Source of the DNA: Actinomycetes bacterium
GTDB lineage: Bacteria; Actinomycetota; Acidimicrobiia; Acidimicrobiales; Bog-793
Length of the DNA stretch: 62,834 nt
Direction: 5' to 3'
Assembly (NCBI GenBank): GCA_021796545.1
Contig: JAKABX010000002.1
Location: 1-62,834 of the forward strand
In this document: positions 31,126 through 40,760 of the stretch, piece after piece
How the letters are laid out: each line of letters begins with the position of its first letter
Position numbering within the stretch: the stretch's first letter is position 1
The notes under the pieces: model-generated
Databases searched by the model: none
The model's input: only the letters and a program-made list of their open reading frames with translations
Told to the model about the DNA's origin: nothing
Made by a program: the position numbers and the translations under genes

Positions 31126-32139
31126 GTGCCCGTGGTGCACCCTTCACGCGGACCCTGGCTGGAGGAGAGGCTCGGTCGGTGGGTGGAGGCGGGCCTCATC
31201 ACCCCCGAGCAGGCGGCGGCGCTGGCGCGCTTTGAGGCCCGCCGGTCGGCCGAGGGCCTTCCGCAGAACCCGGCAGCGGCGCCGTCGGCCGGGCTCCCGC
31301 TGCTGGCGGAGGCGCTCGCGTATCTCGGGATCGTCCTGGTCACCGCGAGCGGCACGCTCGTCGTCGTGCGCTTCTGGCGCGACCTGCACCTCGGCGGCCA
31401 GCTGGGGGTCGCCGCGGTTGTGGCGGCGCTCGGTCTGGCGTCCGGCGCCGTCCTCGGGCGCACCGCCGACGCCGGGGCGCGGCGCCTCGGAAGCTTCTTG
31501 TCGCTGTGCGGCACCGCGGGCGTCGCGATTGGCGCCGGCGTCGTGGCGACGGACCTCGGGGACCACGACGCCGGCGCCACCGCTCTCGGGATCGGACTCG
31601 CCGTTCTCCTGATCAGCCTCCTGCTCTGGCGCAACCGGGACCGGCTCCTCTCGTTCCTCAGCTCACTTGCCGGCGCGGCCGCGGCCCTGGCCGGCCTGCA
31701 GGATGTGCTCGGCCTGCACCCGACCCCGGCAGAGGTGGGTTGGGCCGTTTGGGGGACCGGGGTCGTGCTCGCGGGGCTCGGGGGATGGCACGTCCTGCGA
31801 CCGCCGCTCGCCTCCTTGCTGGTCGGCGTGCTCGGCGCGCTGGGAGGCGCGCTGGCGGTCGCCGACCGCTACGACGCGCTCGGCGCGGCGCTCGGCCTCA
31901 CCACCGCGGTCGTCGCGCTCACCGGTGGTCTGGCCGGTCGGGAGCCCCTGCTCGCCGCGGTCGGGGTTGCCGGTTTCCTGGTCTTCCTCGCAAGGACCCT
32001 GGCCATCTACGTGCACGGCACGGCGAGCGCGCTCGTCGTGTTGTGCGTCGGCGTGGCGCTCGTCGTCTATGCCATCCAGCGCTGGCGGCACCACGGCGGA
32101 GGGCACCCGAGGCGCGGGGGCGCGCCGGCCCCGCGGTGA
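31126..32139 (+). CDS. DUF2157-like membrane protein
   Basis: N-terminal soluble helix LEERLGRWVEAGLITPEQAAALARFE followed by about 8 hydrophobic segments. GTG start. Confidence 0.7.
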   Translation: MPVVHPSRGPWLEERLGRWVEAGLITPEQAAALARFEARRSAEGLPQNPAAAPSAGLPLLAEALAYLGIVLVTASGTLVVVRFWRDLHLGGQLGVAAVVAALGLASGAVLGRTADAGARRLGSFLSLCGTAGVAIGAGVVATDLGDHDAGATALGIGLAVLLISLLLWRNRDRLLSFLSSLAGAAAALAGLQDVLGLHPTPAEVGWAVWGTGVVLAGLGGWHVLRPPLASLLVGVLGALGGALAVADRYDALGAALGLTTAVVALTGGLAGREPLLAAVGVAGFLVFLARTLAIYVHGTASALVVLCVGVALVVYAIQRWRHHGGGHPRRGGAPAPR

Positions 32140-32387
32140 TCGGGCCCGGCGCGAGCGTCGAGGGGTCGAAAGAGGGCGCTTGGCCTGCGCGCGCCCGGTC
32201 GACGGGTGAGACGCGCGTCGGTCCGGCCGCTTCCTGCCGGTCGCCGCCGTTCGGATCGGCTCTGCTCGTCCGGGTGAGGCGGCGGCCTCGGGAATCCGCG
32301 GGGTCGCGACGAGGTTGGAAGCCGGGGTGAGCCGCTTCGGGAAGGCGAGCCGTCCGGTGCGGTTGCGGTCCGAGAGGAGGAGGCGAG

Positions 32388-32840
32388 ATGGAGGTCGGAG
32401 ACGAGGTCGCGGACTTCGAGCTGCCTGATCAGACCGGAACGCGTCGCAGACTCTCGGAGCTCCTGGCGCAGGGGCCCGTCGTGCTCTTCTTCTATCCCGC
32501 CGCGATGACCAAGGGCTGCACGGCCGAGAGCTGCCACTTCCGTGATCTCGGCGCGGAGTTCGCCGCGCTGGGGGCGCAGCGGGTCGGGATCAGCGCCGAC
32601 CCCGTCGACAAGCAGCTGCGCTTTGCTGAGCTGCACGGCTTCGACTACCCGCTGCTGTCGGACGCCGACATGAGCGTCGCCGAGCAGTTCGGGGTCCGCC
32701 GGAGCTTCGGGCCCCTCCCGGTCAAGCGCTGGACCTTCGTCATCTCCCCCGAGTCCCGGGTGCTCGCGGTCATCAAGAGCGAGATCCGCATGGACACCCA
32801 TGCCGACAGAGCACTCGAGGTGCTGCGCGAGGTGCGCTGA
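32388..32840 (+). CDS. bcp: Thiol peroxidase / peroxiredoxin Bcp
   Basis: VVLFFYPAAMTKGCTAESCHFRD (peroxidatic Cys context). 150 aa. GAGGAGGAGG RBS. Confidence 0.9.
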   Translation: MEVGDEVADFELPDQTGTRRRLSELLAQGPVVLFFYPAAMTKGCTAESCHFRDLGAEFAALGAQRVGISADPVDKQLRFAELHGFDYPLLSDADMSVAEQFGVRRSFGPLPVKRWTFVISPESRVLAVIKSEIRMDTHADRALEVLREVR

Positions 32841-33079
32841 TGCCCGCTCGCCCCCTTCCTCCGGCCAGCATTCGGGGTCGTGGTGTGCGAAGCGTCAGTG
32901 CCGCGGCGTGCCGGTCGGTCGGGCATTGAGGGGTCTCGCCCACAGGAGGCAGGGCCTTCCAGCGCGCACCGGGCGCACCGGGCGCGTGCGGCGCTGCCCG
33001 AGCCGTCCCCCCGGAGGAGGCCGGGCCGGGGTGATGCGGCGTCAGCAGCCCTGGGACCCCCTCAGGTGAGGGTCTGGCG

Positions 33080-33556
33080 GTGCTGATCTTCGACGGGGAG
33101 TGCGGCTTTTGCACGGCCGCCGCCCTCTTTGTTGAGCGGGGCTTCCGCCACGGCGAGCGCGCCGTTCCCTACCAGAGCCTCGACGGCGCGACGCTCGGCG
33201 CGCTCGGGCTGAGCCAGGCCGACGTGCGTGCGGCGGCATGGTGGGTCGGCCGCGACGGTCGCTGCGAGCGCGGCCACCGCGCGGTGGGTCGTGCTCTGGT
33301 CGCGGGTGGACGCGGCCGCGCGGTGCTGGGATGGCTGTGCGTGATGCCGCCGTCGAGCGTGGTGGCGGCGGCCGTCTACCGGGTCGTCGTCAGGCTGCGG
33401 GGGCGTCTTCCCCCTGCGACGGCGGCGTGCCGGCGCCCGGGCTCGGCCCGCCCGGCATTGAGGCGCTCGCGGCCGTCACCGGCGGCGGCCGGCCTTGTTG
33501 CACGGTGGCGCCGAAGGTCCGATCGCGGCGGTGGCACCTTGCGGGGCCTCAGGTAG
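33080..33556 (+). CDS. Thiol-disulfide oxidoreductase DCC family protein (DUF393)
   Basis: N-terminal LIFDGECGFC motif. GTG start. The length of the C-terminal tail is uncertain. Confidence 0.75.
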   Translation: MLIFDGECGFCTAAALFVERGFRHGERAVPYQSLDGATLGALGLSQADVRAAAWWVGRDGRCERGHRAVGRALVAGGRGRAVLGWLCVMPPSSVVAAAVYRVVVRLRGRLPPATAACRRPGSARPALRRSRPSPAAAGLVARWRRRSDRGGGTLRGLR

Positions 33557-33681
33557 GGTTGCCGGTCGGTGACGACCTGTCGAGGGCCCGATCGAGCCGA
33601 GACCCGTGGCGTCCCTCCGTGGCCGCGCCTCGGCGACCGCACCGGGGGGCGCGTGCCGTTCGGGCGCGGGATGTGACCGTC

Positions 33682-34791
33682 ATGGTCCGGGGGCGCAGCG
33701 CGACGATCCTCTCGGACGGTCGCGAGATCATCTATTACTCCTCCTCGCCCGCGCCACCTCCCGCGCCTCCGGATCGGCGGGGCCTCGCGGCACGGGCGCG
33801 GCGCTCGACGCTGCGCTACGACCGCCTGCAGGACGCGTGGGTGATCTACGCGGCGCACCGCCAGGACCGCTCGCTGCTTCCGGCAGACGATCAGTGCCCG
33901 CTGTGTCCGAGCTCGTCGGAGCGCCTCACGGAGATCCCGGCGCATGACTACGAGGTGGTCGTCTTCGAGAACCGCTACCCGGCTCTCGGCGCCGATGGCC
34001 GGGGCGCCCCCGCCGACGCCGGCGACGTGCTCGCCGAGGTGCCCGCCGGAGGTCGCTGCGAGGTCATCTGCTACACCGCCGACCACGACGGCACCTTCGC
34101 CGCGCTCTCCGAGGAGCGCGTCGGACTCGTGCTCGCGGCGCTCATCGACCGCAGCGTCGCGCTCGGTCGGCGCGACGACGTCGAGCAGGTGTTCTGCTTC
34201 GAGAACCGCGGTCGAGAGATCGGCGTCACCCAGAACCACCCGCACGGGCAGATCTACGCGTACCCCTACGTCGCCCCACGGCTCCAGCGCGCGATCACCG
34301 CGGCGCACCGCCACCGGGAGAGAACCGGCCGCAACCTCTACGACGACCTCTGCGCGGCCGAGCGGGCAGACGGCCGACGCCTCGTTCTCGAGCGCGCGCA
34401 CTGGACCGCCTTCGTGCCCTTCGCCGCGCGCTGGCCCTACGAGGTCCACTGCTACCCGAACGAGCGCGTCCCCGATCTCGCGGCGCTCGGTCCCGACGCG
34501 CTCGAGGAGCTCCCCGGCGTGCTACTCGACCTCTTCGGGCGATTCGCCCGGCTCTTCAGCGTGCCCGCGCCCTACATCGCCGCCTGGCACCAGGCGCCGG
34601 TGCACGAAGCGCGTGATCTCGTCGCGTGCCACCTCGAGCTGTTCACGTCTCGGCGCGCCGACGACAAGCTCAAGTACCTCGCCGGCTCGGAGTCCGCGAT
34701 GGACGCCTTCACGAACGACATCCTCCCCGAAGCAGCCGCCGAGCGCCTGCGCGCGCTCGGCGGGCGTGCCCGTCCCCCCGCCGTGCGGTGA
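33682..34791 (+). CDS. galT: Galactose-1-phosphate uridylyltransferase
   Basis: C-terminal part of ORF 33238..34791. CPLCP zinc site and HPHGQIYAYPY (HxH active site). Start is ATG 33682 or GTG 33673. Confidence 0.9.
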   Translation: MVRGRSATILSDGREIIYYSSSPAPPPAPPDRRGLAARARRSTLRYDRLQDAWVIYAAHRQDRSLLPADDQCPLCPSSSERLTEIPAHDYEVVVFENRYPALGADGRGAPADAGDVLAEVPAGGRCEVICYTADHDGTFAALSEERVGLVLAALIDRSVALGRRDDVEQVFCFENRGREIGVTQNHPHGQIYAYPYVAPRLQRAITAAHRHRERTGRNLYDDLCAAERADGRRLVLERAHWTAFVPFAARWPYEVHCYPNERVPDLAALGPDALEELPGVLLDLFGRFARLFSVPAPYIAAWHQAPVHEARDLVACHLELFTSRRADDKLKYLAGSESAMDAFTNDILPEAAAERLRALGGRARPPAVR

Positions 34792-35918
34792 GCACGACCT
34801 TCGGCGAGCTGTTCGGCGCCGCGGCCGTGGCGGTCTATGCCGCGCCCGGACGCGTGAACCTGATCGGTGAGTACACCGACCTCAACGACAGCTTCGTCCT
34901 GCCCTTCGCGACCGCCGAGGTCACGACCGTCGAGGTGCGCCGGCGCACGGACCGGATCTGGAAGATGGCCTCCGATGGTGTCGGCGGTGGCAGCGTGCTC
35001 ACCCACGACCTTGATACCGACGGGCTGCCGCCGGGTTGGGGTGCGTATCCCGTCGCCGTCGCGCGCGCGCTCGAGAACGCCGGGCATCGCGTCGGTGGGC
35101 TCGATCTCCTCGTGCGCAGCGACGTGCCGACCGGCGCCGGGCTGTCCTCTTCGGCGGCGCTCGAGTGCGCGGTGGGCCTCGCCCTGTGCGACCAGTTCGG
35201 GGTCGACCTCCAGCCGATGGAGCTCGCGGTTCTCGCACGCGAGGCCGAGAACCGGTACGTCGGAGTTCCCTGCGGGATCATGGACCAGGCCGCTTCGCTC
35301 TGCTGCGAGCAAGGTCACGCGATGCTGCTCGACACACGCTCGCTCGAGATCCGCCAGCTCCCCCTGGCCCTTGAAGGCTCGGGGCTCGCGCTCTTGCTCG
35401 TCGACACGCGGGTCAAGCACGCGCTCGTGAGCTCCGCCTACGCAAACCGGCGCCACGCCTTTGCCGAGGCGGCGCGCCGGCTCGGGGTGCGGACCCTGCG
35501 CGAGGCGATCGAGGCCGGCATCGGGATCGACGCACTCGCCGGGGACGACGAGCTGTACCGCCGCGCGCGCCACGTGGTCTCCGAGCACAACCGGGTTCTC
35601 GAGGCCGCACAGGCGCTGGCCTCCGGCGACGAGCGCGCGCTCGGAGCATTGCTCAGCGCGTCGCATGCGTCCCTGCGCGACGACCTCGAGGTGTCCTGCG
35701 CCGAACTCGACCTCGCGGTCGACGCCGCGATGGCCGCCGGGGCGCTCGGTGCGCGCCTCACCGGGGCGGGATTCGGCGGGAGCGCGATCGCTCTCGTCGA
35801 AGCCGGTCGCGCCGGCGAGGTCGCGGCGGCCGTCGCGGACGCATTTTCCTCTCGCCGCCTCACGGCACCGAGCTTGCGGCGCGTCGCCGCGTCGAGCGGC
35901 GCGCGCCGCGTCCGCTGA
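34788..35918 (+). CDS. galK: Galactokinase
   Basis: GTG 34788 overlaps the galT stop (GTGA). GRVNLIGEYTD signature and GHMP motif PTGAGLSSSAAL. Confidence 0.9.
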   Translation: MSTTFGELFGAAAVAVYAAPGRVNLIGEYTDLNDSFVLPFATAEVTTVEVRRRTDRIWKMASDGVGGGSVLTHDLDTDGLPPGWGAYPVAVARALENAGHRVGGLDLLVRSDVPTGAGLSSSAALECAVGLALCDQFGVDLQPMELAVLAREAENRYVGVPCGIMDQAASLCCEQGHAMLLDTRSLEIRQLPLALEGSGLALLLVDTRVKHALVSSAYANRRHAFAEAARRLGVRTLREAIEAGIGIDALAGDDELYRRARHVVSEHNRVLEAAQALASGDERALGALLSASHASLRDDLEVSCAELDLAVDAAMAAGALGARLTGAGFGGSAIALVEAGRAGEVAAAVADAFSSRRLTAPSLRRVAASSGARRVR

Positions 35919-36171
35919 GCGCGCGCGGCTCGTGCCAAGCCGATCGGGAGTCACGGCCGGAGAACGCGGTGGCGCGACCGATCGGCCCGGCGGGACCGGC
36001 GTGTCCCGTGCGGCCGGCATGAAACCGCCAATCGGCCGCGCCCGGTCGATGGGCGGTGCCGCCCCGGTGGCGCCGTAGCATGGCGGCGCCGGCTGCCTGC
36101 CCGGGGAGCGACTGCAGCGTCGTGCCGGCGAGCCACGTGCCCGCCGCAACGGTGGGAAGGAGGTGCGGGCG

Positions 36172-36363
36172 ATGCCGGCCCTTTGGGCTGCCCTCGGGAC
36201 CGTGTTCGCGCTGGTCTACGTGGTCACCTACATCCTGCTTAGGACCTCGGGCGATGGCCGCCCGGCTCTCGAGCGGCTGCGGCACCCGGGGCGGGGACAC
36301 CTCCAGGAGGAGTACGGCGGCGACGGCGGCCCGACGCGGCGTCGGGGCGCGTCGGCGGACTGA
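36172..36363 (+). CDS. Small hypothetical membrane protein (1 TM, 63 aa)
   Basis: GAAGGAGG about 10 nt upstream of ATG 36172. N-terminal TM PALWAALGTVFALVYVVTYILL, then a charged tail. No family recognised. Confidence 0.35.
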   Translation: MPALWAALGTVFALVYVVTYILLRTSGDGRPALERLRHPGRGHLQEEYGGDGGPTRRRGASAD

Positions 36364-36440
36364 ACCCGACACGTCGCGCCCACGACATCGGCGTCGCGCC
36401 CGGAACGCGGCCGCCGGGCGTCGGGCGGACGCGCGGCCGG

Positions 36441-37718
36441 CTATCTCCTGATGGCGAGCGGCGGCGGGCCGAACAGAGACGGACGCGTGCCATGCGGGCA
36501 GGGCCGGCCGGCGGCGTGGAGCGCGAGGTGCTCGGCGAAGACCTCGAGCGCACTGCGCACGAGGCGCACGACGCCGTCGGGGTGGCGACAGGCCCCGCGG
36601 CCCTCGACGATGTCGAGGTGGCCCTGCAGTCGCTGGAGCGCGCCGTGGCCACCCCGGCCGGCGGCGAGCTGGTCGAGGTCGGCGGCGATCGCAGGCAGAC
36701 CGAAGACGCACGGGCCGCACTGCCCCGCGCTCTCGCCGGCCATGAAGCGGGCGATCCGGGCGGTCTCCGCGAGACCGCAGGCGTCCTCGGCGAGGGCGAC
36801 GACGATGCCGGGGCCGAGCGTCGCGCCGACGCGGCGCAGATCGACCGGCGTGCAGGCGACCCCGAAGTCACGGCCCGCGAGCCAGGCGCCCCCGTAGCCG
36901 CCGAGCAGTGCGGCCTGCACGCGGGGCTCCGCACCGGCACGAGTGAGGAGCTCGATGAGGCGGATGCCGTAGTCGACCTCGAACACGCCGGGGCGCGCGA
37001 CAGCCCCGCTGACCGTGACGAGGGTGGTTCCCGGGGCGTCCGTTGTGCCGTGGGAGCGGAACCACTCGGCGCCGTGGCGAGCGACGAGGGCGAGGTGCGC
37101 GAGCGTCTCGGCATTGTGGACGAGCACGCGGCGGCGCCGCGCGCTGCGCAAGGGCAGGGACTTGTCGGGGCGGAAACGCGGCAGGGCCTCGTGGCCGCCC
37201 ACAGCGCGGGCGAGCGCGGACTCCTCGCCGCTCACGTAGCGCCCCGGCAGGGCGAGGACCTCCCAGGGCACGCGCGCGGGGCGCTGCGCGAGGGCACCGA
37301 GGAGCGCTTGCGCCTGGCCGGGCCGGTCTCCTGCGACCGCGACGACGATTCGGTCGGCGCCGGTCAGCCCGGCGGCGACCGCTGCGCCGTCGAGGACGAG
37401 GTGCGGCGTGCTCGTGCACAGGACCTGGTCCTTGATGCTCGCAGGCTCGCCCTCCATCGCGTTGACGACGAGCGTCACGTGCGCCGCCGCGCCCTGCAGC
37501 GCAGCGATCTTGCGCGCGCTCGGGAAGGCCGCGCCGCCCCGCCCGGTCAGCCCCGAGGCGGCGAGGTCGCCGAGGATCCGGCGCGGCTCGAATCCGGCGT
37601 CGCCGGGCAGAAGGAGGGGCCCATGGATCTGGAGGTGGCGTGCGAACGAGATGGCGGTCCCGGCGCGCGCTCCCTCGAGGAGGCCGGCGACCGCCCGGCG
37701 GGAGTCGATCAGGCTCAT
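36441..37718 (-). CDS. NuoF-like NADH-binding FMN/[4Fe-4S] flavoprotein (Complex1_51K + NADH_4Fe-4S), stand-alone
   Basis: ORF 36441..37928 trimmed to ATG 37718. Motifs GLTGRGGAAFPSARK, VVNAMEGEPAS, GESAGQCGPCVFG ... GACRHPDG. Confidence 0.8.
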   Translation of the reverse strand: MSLIDSRRAVAGLLEGARAGTAISFARHLQIHGPLLLPGDAGFEPRRILGDLAASGLTGRGGAAFPSARKIAALQGAAAHVTLVVNAMEGEPASIKDQVLCTSTPHLVLDGAAVAAGLTGADRIVVAVAGDRPGQAQALLGALAQRPARVPWEVLALPGRYVSGEESALARAVGGHEALPRFRPDKSLPLRSARRRRVLVHNAETLAHLALVARHGAEWFRSHGTTDAPGTTLVTVSGAVARPGVFEVDYGIRLIELLTRAGAEPRVQAALLGGYGGAWLAGRDFGVACTPVDLRRVGATLGPGIVVALAEDACGLAETARIARFMAGESAGQCGPCVFGLPAIAADLDQLAAGRGGHGALQRLQGHLDIVEGRGACRHPDGVVRLVRSALEVFAEHLALHAAGRPCPHGTRPSLFGPPPLAIRR

Positions 37719-37943
37719 CACCGCTGCGCCCCGGCCGGGCACACGGCCGTCGGGCGAGTCCGTGCGCCTCTCCCCGGGGGGGCCGGCGCGCCGTCCGGGC
37801 CGGGGCCGCTCGTCATCTTCCCAGTCCATCCCGGGACCTTGGCGGGAGCCCGGGTTCCCGCTGAAGGCCCGCTGTGAGAGCCGGCCCGCCCCGGGCCACA
37901 GGCCGGGCGCGGCGGGAACCGAGGACACCGCGGCCCACGCGAA

Positions 37944-37970
37944 GACGCCCCGCCGAAGCGGCGGGGCGTC
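37944..37970 (-). terminator. Perfect 11-bp GC hairpin downstream of the small ORF 37992..38150
   Basis: GACGCCCCGCC-(5 nt)-GGCGGGGCGTC starting about 22 nt after the stop. Only a short T tract follows (TTCG), as is common in high-GC actinobacteria. Confidence 0.5.
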
Positions 37971-37991
37971 TCTCGGACGGGAGGGCCGGGC

Positions 37992-38150
37992 TCAGGCGGC
38001 CCGGGCAAGCTCGTCGGTCGCGAACCGACCGGTGCGCGTCAGGCTCGTGTCGACCTCGGCGCCCTGGCGCCCGATCGTGAGCAGGAGGGGCACCAGCGCG
38101 AGCGCGACCGCGAGGACCATGAGGGGGAGGGAGACCAGGAGAAGAGTCAT
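37992..38150 (-). CDS. Small hydrophobic protein (52 aa, 1 TM)
   Basis: ATG 38150 with AAAGGA about 8 nt upstream. MTLLLVSLPLMVLAVALALVPLLLTIG then a polar tail. Has its own terminator hairpin. Confidence 0.4.
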   Translation of the reverse strand: MTLLLVSLPLMVLAVALALVPLLLTIGRQGAEVDTSLTRTGRFATDELARAA

Positions 38151-38554
38151 CGGGTTGTCCTTTCTCGACCGCAACGCCCGACCACAACAGGGTGACCGGT
38201 CCCCTTGGGTGCGACGCGAAGCGGCGCTGAGAGCCCGCCGAGAGTCCACGTTGCCCACCCGGGCCGCTTGGGGGCGAGGCGCACGACGCTTGCGCCGGGC
38301 CGCCTTCTGCCGCCCGGTGGACCGCCGCCGGCGCGCGTCCCGACTGCGAGGCGCGCGAGGTGCCGGAGGTGGGCTCCGGGTGCGAGACGCTCGGCACGGG
38401 ACCCGTCCCCGGCGCACCCTGGGACCCCGGCCACGGCGACCGAGCGCAGGCCCGCGTTCCCCGTCTCTGCGGTCCTCGCGGTGCCCTGTCCTTGGATGTT
38501 GACCGCCCCGGAGAGAATGGCGGGCGCCCGCGCAACCCGCCGGCGCCGCGTCCC

Positions 38555-40015
38555 TCAGATGCGCACCGTCGGAGCCGCGACCGCGCTCTGCACGGGCGCA
38601 GCGAGCGCGCCGCCGTCTCGAGCGAGCGCCGGCAGGGGAACCTGCGCCTCGACCCGCGTGCCGGCGCCGGGGGAGGAGCGAACCGCAAGCGCGCCGCCGA
38701 GCACGCGCATGCGCTCGCTCATCCCGAGCAGGCCGAAGTGGTCCGAGCCCAGCTCGTCGACAGCGCCCGGGTCAAAGCCGCAGCCGTCGTCGGCGACCGA
38801 GAGGGCGAGCTCCCGGGGTCCGTAGCGGACCTCGACCTGGACCGCGGAGGCACCCGAGTGTCGGATGCTGTTGCGCACCGACTCCTGCACGACGCGGAAC
38901 GCGCTCAGCTCGATCTCCCGAGCGAGACGGCTCTCTTCGCCGTGCAGGCTGAGCTCGGCGCGCACGCCCGTCTCCTCCTCGACATCCGCGAGCAGGCTCG
39001 AAAGGGCGGCGACCAGCCCGAGCTGGTCCAGCGCGGGCGGGCGGAGGTCCCGGGCGAGCGTGCGTAGCCGGCTCGCCGCCTCGAGCGCCTGCTGGCGCGC
39101 CGCGTCGAGGCCCGATGCGACGTGCCCGGGTACACCGGGAACCCGCGCGAGGTGCTCGAGCTGGCGCGCGAGATGCAAGAAGAGCTGCAGGGGCTCGTCG
39201 TGCAGCTCGCGGGCGAGGTGCAGGCGCTGGTCCTCCTCGGCTTGGACGACGAGCTGTGCGTAGCGCTCGGCGCGCCGACCGGCGCGCCGCTCGGCCGTCA
39301 CGTCCTCGAAGATCACCTGCACGGGCGCGTCGGCGGTCGCCGCGTCGACCGCGACGTCGATGCGGTAGTCACGGTCGTCCGCGAGCGTCACGATCTCGCC
39401 CACGCGCCCGGGGAGCGGCGCGCTGCCGGCGAGCAGCTCCGCCGCGTCCCGCCCGAGGAGCGCGGCGCCAAAGACGTGCTCGGCGGCCGGGTTCGCGCCG
39501 CGCACGGTCCCGGCGTCCGAGAGGACCAGGATCGGCGCGCTGTTCGTCTCGAACAGGCGACGGAAGCCTGCCTCGACCCGGAGCCGCTCGGCGGTCGCCT
39601 CCTCGAAGCGGTGGCTCGCGAGGCGCTCGGCCTCGATGCGTTGGCCGAAGAAGAACGCGACGAGGTCGACCAGGACGAGGTTCGCGGCGTCCCCGAGGTC
39701 GTGGGCGGCGAACGGGCGCATCGCGAGGTCCGGCACCCACAGGATCGTCGCCCACGCGGCGGTGGCGCCCGAGCCCGCGAGGCCGTAGCGCAGCGCCGCG
39801 TAGCCGACAGGGATCATCAACAAGGTGACGGAGATGAAGCCGGGGACGTCCTTGGTGTCGTTGGCCCCGTGGGCGTCGAGGAGGAGGTGCGCGCCGGCGA
39901 TCACGACGACCATCGCCTGGATGGTCCAGAAGCGGAACTCGCCGAAGGGCGGGTGCAGCGCGCCGCGGACCGCCGCGGACAGCTCAGCGCGGGTTGCGCG
40001 ACTCCGCATGCTCAC
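38555..40015 (-). CDS. Sensor histidine kinase, NarL-partner type (membrane N-domain, PAS, HisKA_3, HATPase_c)
   Basis: H-box LARELHDEPLQ, N-box VQESVRNSIRHS and G-box DDGCGF. N-terminal 4 TM (DUF4118-like). Start is GTG 40015 or ATG 40009 and overlaps the RR 3' end. Confidence 0.85.
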   Translation of the reverse strand: MSMRSRATRAELSAAVRGALHPPFGEFRFWTIQAMVVVIAGAHLLLDAHGANDTKDVPGFISVTLLMIPVGYAALRYGLAGSGATAAWATILWVPDLAMRPFAAHDLGDAANLVLVDLVAFFFGQRIEAERLASHRFEEATAERLRVEAGFRRLFETNSAPILVLSDAGTVRGANPAAEHVFGAALLGRDAAELLAGSAPLPGRVGEIVTLADDRDYRIDVAVDAATADAPVQVIFEDVTAERRAGRRAERYAQLVVQAEEDQRLHLARELHDEPLQLFLHLARQLEHLARVPGVPGHVASGLDAARQQALEAASRLRTLARDLRPPALDQLGLVAALSSLLADVEEETGVRAELSLHGEESRLAREIELSAFRVVQESVRNSIRHSGASAVQVEVRYGPRELALSVADDGCGFDPGAVDELGSDHFGLLGMSERMRVLGGALAVRSSPGAGTRVEAQVPLPALARDGGALAAPVQSAVAAPTVRI

Positions 40016-40718
40016 CGCCCGGGGGGACGAGGCGGTGCTCGAGAGCGAAGAGCACCGCCTCGGTTCGTGAGGTCACCCCGAGCTTCGCGAGCACGTTGGA
40101 GACGTGGCTCTCGACGGTGCGCAGGCCGAGGACGAGCTCGTGGGCGATCTGCTTGTTGGAGAGTCCCCGCGCGAGCAGCCCGAGGACGTCGAGCTCGCGG
40201 GGCGTCAGCTGGTCGGGACCGCCCCCCGCGACGTTCGGGCGTCCGCGGCGCGCGAGCCGGCTCGACACGGCGCGGTCGAGCACGAAGACGCCGTCAGCCA
40301 CCGCGTGCACGGCGTCGACGAGCTCCCGGCCCGACGCGGTCTTCAGCAGGTAACCGCCGACGCCGATCTCGAGTGCCTCGGTCACGTACGCGTAGTCGTC
40401 GTACGCGCTGACGATGAGGATCCGAACACCCGGGTCGCGTTCGACGGCCTTGCGCGCGAGCTCGAGGCCGCTCAAGTCGGGAAGGTTGACGTCCACGATC
40501 GCGACGTCGGGTGCGACGCGGCTGATGAGCGCGAGCCCCTCGGTGCCACTGCCGGCCTGCCCCACCACCTCGAGGTCGGGCTCGCCCTCGAGGACATAGA
40601 CGGTGCCGTCGCGGAACAGCGCGTGGTCGTCGACGATCGCGATGCGGATGACGCGGGTGCCGTCGGAGGGGGCCGGTGCGGTGCTCCCAGGGTCGAGCAG
40701 GGGGGTCGGGGTGCTCAC
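39984..40718 (-). CDS. Response regulator, NarL/LuxR family
   Basis: ORF 39984..40985 trimmed to GTG 40718. IRIAIVDDH..DVNLPDLSG receiver domain and LTPRELDVLGLLARGLSNKQIA HTH. Confidence 0.9.
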   Translation of the reverse strand: MSTPTPLLDPGSTAPAPSDGTRVIRIAIVDDHALFRDGTVYVLEGEPDLEVVGQAGSGTEGLALISRVAPDVAIVDVNLPDLSGLELARKAVERDPGVRILIVSAYDDYAYVTEALEIGVGGYLLKTASGRELVDAVHAVADGVFVLDRAVSSRLARRGRPNVAGGGPDQLTPRELDVLGLLARGLSNKQIAHELVLGLRTVESHVSNVLAKLGVTSRTEAVLFALEHRLVPPGGEHAESRNPR

Positions 40719-40760
40719 GCGCCCAGTGTGGGGGAGCGTTCCAATCGGCCTCACCTGCCA

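Noticed and set aside
33238-33681. N-terminal 148 codons of the 517-aa galT ORF, overlapping the DCC-family gene.
   Set aside because: The translation is low-complexity, and the DCC gene (FDGECGFC motif) occupies the region in another frame. GalT homology begins only after ATG 33682 / GTG 33673.
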